Part shown: positions 63,456-64,000 of the stretch, piece by piece
How positions within the stretch are numbered: the first letter of the stretch is position 1
Layout: each line of letters opens with the position of its first letter
Source of the DNA: a virus
Strand: one strand, 5' to 3'
Length of the DNA: 64,000 nucleotides
Virus record (IMG/VR): IMGVR_UViG_3300031992_000005
Coordinates: 128,001-192,000 of that record
The notes under the pieces: generated by a model
Database searches by the model: none
Told to the model about the DNA's origin: nothing
What the model saw: only the letters and a program-made list of their open reading frames with translations
Program-made: the position numbers and the translations under genes

Positions 63456-63649
63456 AAAGTTCGTATAGTTATTTTACTGAAAAGTACTGGGAAGGCATTT
63501 CTATCGGTATTTGGATAGTAGCACTTATAGTTTGGGCAATATTTGCACCAACCGTAAAAGAGATAGGGGCTGTTTGGTTTATACTATATACGCTTTTATT
63601 CATTATTGCATCGCTCGCGTATTTTGTTATACTATCACGCCATGATTAG
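63452..63649 (+). CDS. small 2-TM membrane protein, paralog 3
   Basis: MKSSYSYFTEKYWEGISIGIWIVALIVWAIFAPTV... Confidence 0.55.
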   Translation: MKSSYSYFTEKYWEGISIGIWIVALIVWAIFAPTVKEIGAVWFILYTLLFIIASLAYFVILSRHD

Positions 63650-63848
63650 TTCAAGGAAATACTTTTTTAAGAAAAATAGACGTATAATTGTTTTCTGTAT
63701 TTGGGCAATTATAGCTGTATTTTGGGGAATATATTTACCCAAAGCTGCATGTACTTCAATCTCAATCTTCCTGGTATACTTTATACTGGGCATTGCTATG
63801 TCGGTATTATTATTTCATAAGTACATTATACCGGAAGACGATGACTAG
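63642..63848 (+). CDS. small 2-TM membrane protein, paralog 4
   Basis: MISSRKYFFKKNRRIIVFCIWAIIAVFWGIYLPKA... The track start is 63606; the ATG at 63642 matches the family N-terminus. Confidence 0.55.
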   Translation: MISSRKYFFKKNRRIIVFCIWAIIAVFWGIYLPKAACTSISIFLVYFILGIAMSVLLFHKYIIPEDDD

Positions 63849-64000
63849 TTATAGGAAATATTTATATAGAAAATATAAGAGCGGTTTATACTATTGTATT
63901 TCAGTAGTTCTTTCCGTAACTTATGCGATCTACTCAATTATGTTTATGGCTATGAATGGAATAAAGATATTCACATGGTTTTTATTCACTATTCCTATAG
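63841..64000 (+). CDS. small membrane protein, paralog 5 (3'-truncated by window end)
   Basis: Hand translation: MTSYRKYLYRKYKSGLYYCISVVLSVTYAIYSIMFMAMNGIKIFTWFLFTIPI... The frame is open to the window end. Confidence 0.5.
   Translation, partial: MTSYRKYLYRKYKSGLYYCISVVLSVTYAIYSIMFMAMNGIKIFTWFLFTIPI

Noticed and set aside
1-64000. Looked for an integrase, excisionase or att sites that would indicate a prophage, and for capsid, portal or terminase genes.
   Set aside because: No tyrosine or serine recombinase motifs were recognised. Head-morphogenesis genes are simply not in this window. The tRNA 3'-half at 49148-49199 is the only att-like hint and is reported separately at low interest.

Overview
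The window reads as one contiguous piece of a large, AT-rich tailed dsDNA phage genome. About 75 protein genes are tightly packed and nearly all lie on the + strand, with clpP the only clear minus-strand gene. Many neighbours overlap as ATGA start/stop pairs. I saw no Shine-Dalgarno-like sequences before start codons. That, together with BspA-type LRR proteins, lipobox lipoproteins and OmpA/Stealth genes, suggests a Bacteroidota host, but this is inference only.

Layout:
- 0-19 kb: mostly unrecognisable small genes. Recognisable ones are dUTPase, an actin-like ATPase, an AEP-primase-like gene followed by an iteron/AT-rich origin-like region, ClpP, two metallophosphoesterases, a secreted NucA-type nuclease, DUF1653 and a DUF559 endonuclease.
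- 19.9-28.7 kb: a cassette of LRR/fibre-like proteins that share N-terminal modules, with enzyme genes embedded among them.
- 30.0-36.1 kb: nrdD-nrdG. nrdD is interrupted by one LAGLIDADG intein and four group-I-like introns, one of which carries a LAGLIDADG homing endonuclease.
- 36.5-38.1 kb: a solo TnpB/Cas12-like RuvC nuclease with no CRISPR array and no TnpA.
- 40.1-48.3 kb: a phage multisubunit RNA polymerase. The beta'-like gene is interrupted by two more group-I-like introns; the beta-like gene is intact.
- 48.3-54.7 kb: an accessory island. It holds a 2H phosphoesterase, a tRNA 3'-half-like fragment, an N6A-type DNA methyltransferase plus a DUF262-HNH nuclease, a degenerate Ppx/GppA-like protein, an initiator-like tRNA-Met, and OmpA-family and Stealth-family genes.
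- 55-60.6 kb: two very large LRR proteins.
- 60.6-64 kb: an SLT-type lysozyme, tRNA-Leu(UAA), four composite hairpin/promoter-like repeats, and a tandem array of at least 5 paralogous small membrane proteins.

All functional calls come from motifs read by eye. No database search or RNA folding was run. Intron and intein boundaries are inferred from continuity of conserved protein motifs plus the U(-1)/terminal-G rule.
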